Of a stretch of 50,547 nt of DNA, positions 47,660 to 50,547 are shown piece after piece. The stretch is from Gaiellaceae bacterium. GTDB taxonomy: Bacteria; Actinomycetota; Thermoleophilia; Gaiellales; Gaiellaceae. Location of the stretch: the NCBI GenBank assembly GCA_036271615.1, contig DATBAH010000084.1, positions 1 to 50,547 of the forward strand, given 5' to 3'. The notes beneath the pieces are model-generated. The model saw only the letters and a program-made list of their open reading frames with translations, was not told the DNA's origin and searched no databases. Position 1 is the stretch's first letter; every line of letters begins with the position of its first letter. Position numbers and translations under genes: made by a program.

Positions 47660-47699
47660 TATCAGGCACCCTGATAATCTTATATCAGGACACCTGATA
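47660..47699. promoter_or_regulatory. Two 17-bp perfect palindromes (TATCAGG-N3-CCTGATA), likely MarR operators, in the VOC-marR divergent spacer
   Basis: 47660-47676 TATCAGGcacCCTGATA and 47683-47699 TATCAGGacaCCTGATA. Centres are 23 bp apart. Confidence 0.6.
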
Positions 47700-47713
47700 C
47701 GTAAAGGAACCCG

Positions 47714-48163
47714 ATGGGAGCCATTGACAAGCCGGAACCGAGGACCGAGGAGATGTCCGGCTACCTCATCAAGCGAGCACAAGCCGCCCTTCACGTCTGC
47801 CTGGAGGAGATCACCTCTGCGTACGGCCTCGGCATCCCCCAGTTCGTCGTCCTGTCCTTCCTGGCCGAAACACCAGGCCTAGCTAATGCCGACCTCGCCC
47901 GGCGGGCGTTCGTGACCCCGCAATCGATGAACGAGGTGCTCCAGCAGCTCGAGTCGACCGGCCTGGTCGAACGTCGCCGGAACCCCACGAATGCCCGCAT
48001 CCTCAACGCCTACCTGACCCGCAGTGGCGCCAGGAAACGGAAGGCCGTGAACAGTCAGGTCCGGGAGTTGGAGGCACGCCTCTTGAGCGGCCTGACGAGC
48101 GACGAGCGCCAGGCTCTAAATCGGGCGCTCCTGACGATCATCGACAACGTGACGCGCTCGTGA
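47714..48163 (+). CDS. MarR family transcriptional regulator
   Basis: Winged-HTH pattern FVVLSFLAETPGLANADLARRAFVTPQSMNEVLQQLESTGLVERRRNPTNARI. The start may be the downstream ATG (MSGYLIKR). Confidence 0.9.
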   Translation: MGAIDKPEPRTEEMSGYLIKRAQAALHVCLEEITSAYGLGIPQFVVLSFLAETPGLANADLARRAFVTPQSMNEVLQQLESTGLVERRRNPTNARILNAYLTRSGARKRKAVNSQVRELEARLLSGLTSDERQALNRALLTIIDNVTRS

Positions 48164-48287
48164 GCAGCAACGCCACACGAGTAGGGGCATCCCATAACGC
48201 GCGAGCGTCTTCAAGCGCGCGGGTAGCTCCCTTCAAGCCCGCCCTCAGCGCCACACGCCGACCTGCCGGAAAGGAAAGAAGCACGTC

Positions 48288-48725
48288 ATGAGCACTCTCA
48301 ACGAAGAAAGCCTTGCCAACGGTCTCGTCGTCATCGGCGAGGAGGCAGTCGCGAAGAGCAACGACGGATTGTTCTACGACTACTACACCGACGACTACCA
48401 GCTGCACAGCCCGGCCGGCCAGTTCAATCGCGAAGAGATCAGAACCTACTTCGCTGCGCTACGGGAGAGCTTCACCGACTTCACGATCAAACGAGCGCAG
48501 GTCCTCGTCGACGGCAACTTCGTCAGCGCGCGCACCGTGATGGCCGGCCGCTTCGACAAGGAGTTCGCCTACACGCCCATCGGCACCGTCCAACCAAACG
48601 GCCAGCACGTGCAATGGGAACTGATCAACATCTTCCGCTATACCGACGACGGTCGCCTCGTCGAGGAGTGGGTGCAGACCGACACGTACGAGCTCCTACG
48701 GCAACTCGGCGCAGTCGAGAGCTGA
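48288..48725 (+). CDS. SnoaL-like / ester cyclase (NTF2-fold) protein
   Basis: 145 aa. The pattern YYTDDYQLHSP...NFVSARTVMAGRF...INIFRYTDDGRLVEEW is typical of ester-cyclase NTF2-like proteins. Confidence 0.8.
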   Translation: MSTLNEESLANGLVVIGEEAVAKSNDGLFYDYYTDDYQLHSPAGQFNREEIRTYFAALRESFTDFTIKRAQVLVDGNFVSARTVMAGRFDKEFAYTPIGTVQPNGQHVQWELINIFRYTDDGRLVEEWVQTDTYELLRQLGAVES

Positions 48726-48836
48726 CGGCGGCCAGTCGCGACGGGGTCAGGACGCAGCAGCGTTCTCCGTCTAAGAGGAAGCATCTTGGTTCTCACAACA
48801 GGGGAGCCGAACACATAAAGCGGAGGAGGGGGAACG

Positions 48837-49715
48837 ATGGGAGAGACTTGGCTTATCACTGGTTCGTCGCGCGGCCTTGGCCGGGCGCTGGTCGAGGCGG
48901 CCCTTGACGCCGGGGATCAGGTCGTGGCTACGGCCCGGCATCCGGAGCAGCTTGCGGAGCTCGCCGAGCGCTACGGGGATCGTGTATCGCCGGTGGCTCT
49001 CGATGTCACCGATCCGAATGCGGTGGCGGCTGCTGTGACTGCCGGCGTCGAGAGCTTTGGCGGGCTCGACGTGGTGGTCAACAACGCCGGTTATGCGAAC
49101 GTTGCCCCAATCGAGACCGGTGCGGCCGCGGACTTCCGTACGCAGTTCGAGACGAACTTCTGGGGCGTCTACAACGTTTCTCGCGCCGTTATCCCGGTGC
49201 TTCGCCGCGGTGGCGGTGGGACAATCGTGCAGTTCTCGTCTGTGGGCGGACGGGTCGGTGGATCACCGGGTATCGCCAGCTATCAGGCGGCCAAGTTCGC
49301 CGTCGATGGCTTCAGTCGCGTGCTCGCTGCTGAGACGGAGCCGTTTGGCATCAGGGTGGTGGTCGTCGAGCCGAGCGGCTTTGCGACCGATTGGGCGGGA
49401 TCCTCGATGGAGGTCTACGACGTCCCCGACGGCTACAAGGCCACGGTCGGCCCCCGGATCGAGCAGATGCAAGATCCGGACTCCCCTTATCGGGCAGGCG
49501 ATCCGGCGCGAGCAGCTGAGATCATCGTCAAAACGGTCAAACGCAAGAACGCGCCGTCGCATCTTCTGCTCGGCGTCAACGCGGTCGAGGCTGCGTTGCG
49601 CTACTCGCGCAGCCAGCTCGACGAGGCAACGACGTGGCGTGCGGTAGGTCGCTCGGCTGATTACGCCGAGCCCTACCCGGCCGAGTTTCCGCCCGACAGC
49701 CCCGCGACGGCCTGA
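48837..49715 (+). CDS. SDR family oxidoreductase
   Basis: TGSSRGLG cofactor motif, NNAG, catalytic S...YxxxK (SSVGG...YQAAKFAV). GGAGGAGGGGG SD. Confidence 0.92.
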   Translation: MGETWLITGSSRGLGRALVEAALDAGDQVVATARHPEQLAELAERYGDRVSPVALDVTDPNAVAAAVTAGVESFGGLDVVVNNAGYANVAPIETGAAADFRTQFETNFWGVYNVSRAVIPVLRRGGGGTIVQFSSVGGRVGGSPGIASYQAAKFAVDGFSRVLAAETEPFGIRVVVVEPSGFATDWAGSSMEVYDVPDGYKATVGPRIEQMQDPDSPYRAGDPARAAEIIVKTVKRKNAPSHLLLGVNAVEAALRYSRSQLDEATTWRAVGRSADYAEPYPAEFPPDSPATA

Positions 49716-49835
49716 CTCGCACAATCTCTCTGCGGCCGCAGGCCTTCGGCCCAGCGGGCGCAGCCGGTGGCAACGGGTGGCAAATCGAACACATCGAGGA
49801 AGCATCGGGTGATCGTGAAAGACGTACTGCCCGCG

Positions 49836-50036
49836 CTAGATGCGATCTCGAACGAGCTGAACGACAAGGCGCACCTCTCGCTCGCCCAGCAGCGGCTCGG
49901 TCGTGCGCACGATTCCGAGCTGGCCGCCAATCTCCAACCGATCGCCAATCTCAAGCGGCTCGTCACGGCTCAAATGACCGGTCGCGACCACCTCGTCGCC
50001 GCGCCGGAGCTCATAGCGGTAGTCGACCCCGGCCAC
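49836..50036 (-). CDS. Small hypothetical protein (66 aa)
   Basis: MAGVDYRYELRRGDEVVATGHLSRDEPLEIGDRLEIGGQLGIVRTTEPLLGEREVRLVVQLV looks globular. The antisense ORF 49767..50288 has equal GC3 but decays into Arg-rich sequence. The strand choice is tentative. Confidence 0.4.
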   Translation of the reverse strand: MAGVDYRYELRRGDEVVATGHLSRDEPLEIGDRLEIGGQLGIVRTTEPLLGEREVRLVVQLVRDRI

Positions 50037-50211
50037 AGACAGCTGAGACGATACGCCCCCAGCGGCACGCTACGGGGCGAGCCCGCCGGAGCTCCGCCTC
50101 GGGCCCATCCTCTTCGCCGGTCTCGGCAGGCTGCTCCTGCTGCATTCGTTCGAGGATCGCTACGAGGGCCGCGGCGTGTGCGTAGCTTTCGGGCCCGCGC
50201 GCTAACCGCGT

Positions 50212-50547
50212 CTAGAGAGCGTCTTCGGCTGCGAGCTCTGCCGCGGCGAGGCGACGCTCGACCGAGCGTGCCAGGAGGAGACAGATGACCGCGATCGGCA
50301 GCTCGACGACCGCGGCCTCGACTATCGCAACGACGAACTCGCTCCGGTTCGACGCCGTCAGAATGTCGAACCACGCATCGACGAAAAGGAGCGTCGCCGC
50401 CGCGGTCGCGGCACCCTCGAGCCAGGGCGACCGCCGCCACGCGGCGACCGCGACCCCAACGAGCAGCAACGCAAGAGCGATGTCGAGCCCGCCCCAGGCG
50501 ACGTCCCAATGAGCGGAACGGTGGTGGCTCGGCAGCGCTCGGACGAG
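50212..50547 (-). CDS. Hypothetical membrane protein, 5' end beyond the right edge
   Basis: The frame stays open to 50547 (…HWDVAWGGLDIALALLLVGVAVAAWRRSPWLEGAATAAATLLFVDAWFDILTA…). At least three hydrophobic helices. Confidence 0.5.
   Translation of the reverse strand, partial: LVRALPSHHRSAHWDVAWGGLDIALALLLVGVAVAAWRRSPWLEGAATAAATLLFVDAWFDILTASNRSEFVVAIVEAAVVELPIAVICLLLARSVERRLAAAELAAEDAL

Noticed and set aside
49767-50288. 173-aa plus-strand ORF
   Set aside because: It overlaps two minus-strand candidates in antisense. Its second half is Arg/Pro/Ala low-complexity. The equal GC3 is explained by codon-phase mirroring.

Overview
This is a very GC-rich window (about 70% by eye) with Actinomycetota-like gene order and many long antisense shadow ORFs. 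I ran no database search; every call rests on my own translation and motif reading, and start codons are often uncertain. The window has four blocks. (1) 1-9552, minus strand: the conserved cluster tRNA-Met, rpmG, secE, nusG, rplK, rplA, rplJ, rplL, rpoB, rpoC. rpmG and rpoC are absent from the ORF track. (2) 9552-16201: housekeeping genes, namely an FAD/Fe-S oxidase, a dienelactone hydrolase and a class A PBP. (3) 16383-36170: a large type IV pilus (T4P) locus with pilA, pilB, pilC, pilD, pilM, pilN, pilO, a PilP-like gene and two PilT-family ATPases. No secretin and no minor pilins are visible. It also carries unusual accessory genes. Three consecutive coiled-coil proteins carry detached PilB-type N-terminal domains, one with a textbook tandem MshEN c-di-GMP-binding motif. 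A lytic-transglycosylase/NlpC-P60 fusion and a PASTA protein are translationally coupled between pilT2 and pilD. A three-gene operon behind pilA includes an 11-residue-repeat protein. I consider this coiled-coil/MshEN module the best candidate for an undescribed system. (4) 36142-50547: an ABC-2 exporter operon, tRNA-Tyr, an L,D-transpeptidase interrupted by one in-frame TAA, and tRNA-Thr. tRNA-Thr is followed by two further 43-bp copies of its 3' half, which delimit two ~3.1-kb integrase-less islets. One islet holds a GrpB gene broken by an 11-bp tandem duplication. A MarR/VOC/SnoaL/SDR accessory block with paired operator palindromes closes the window.
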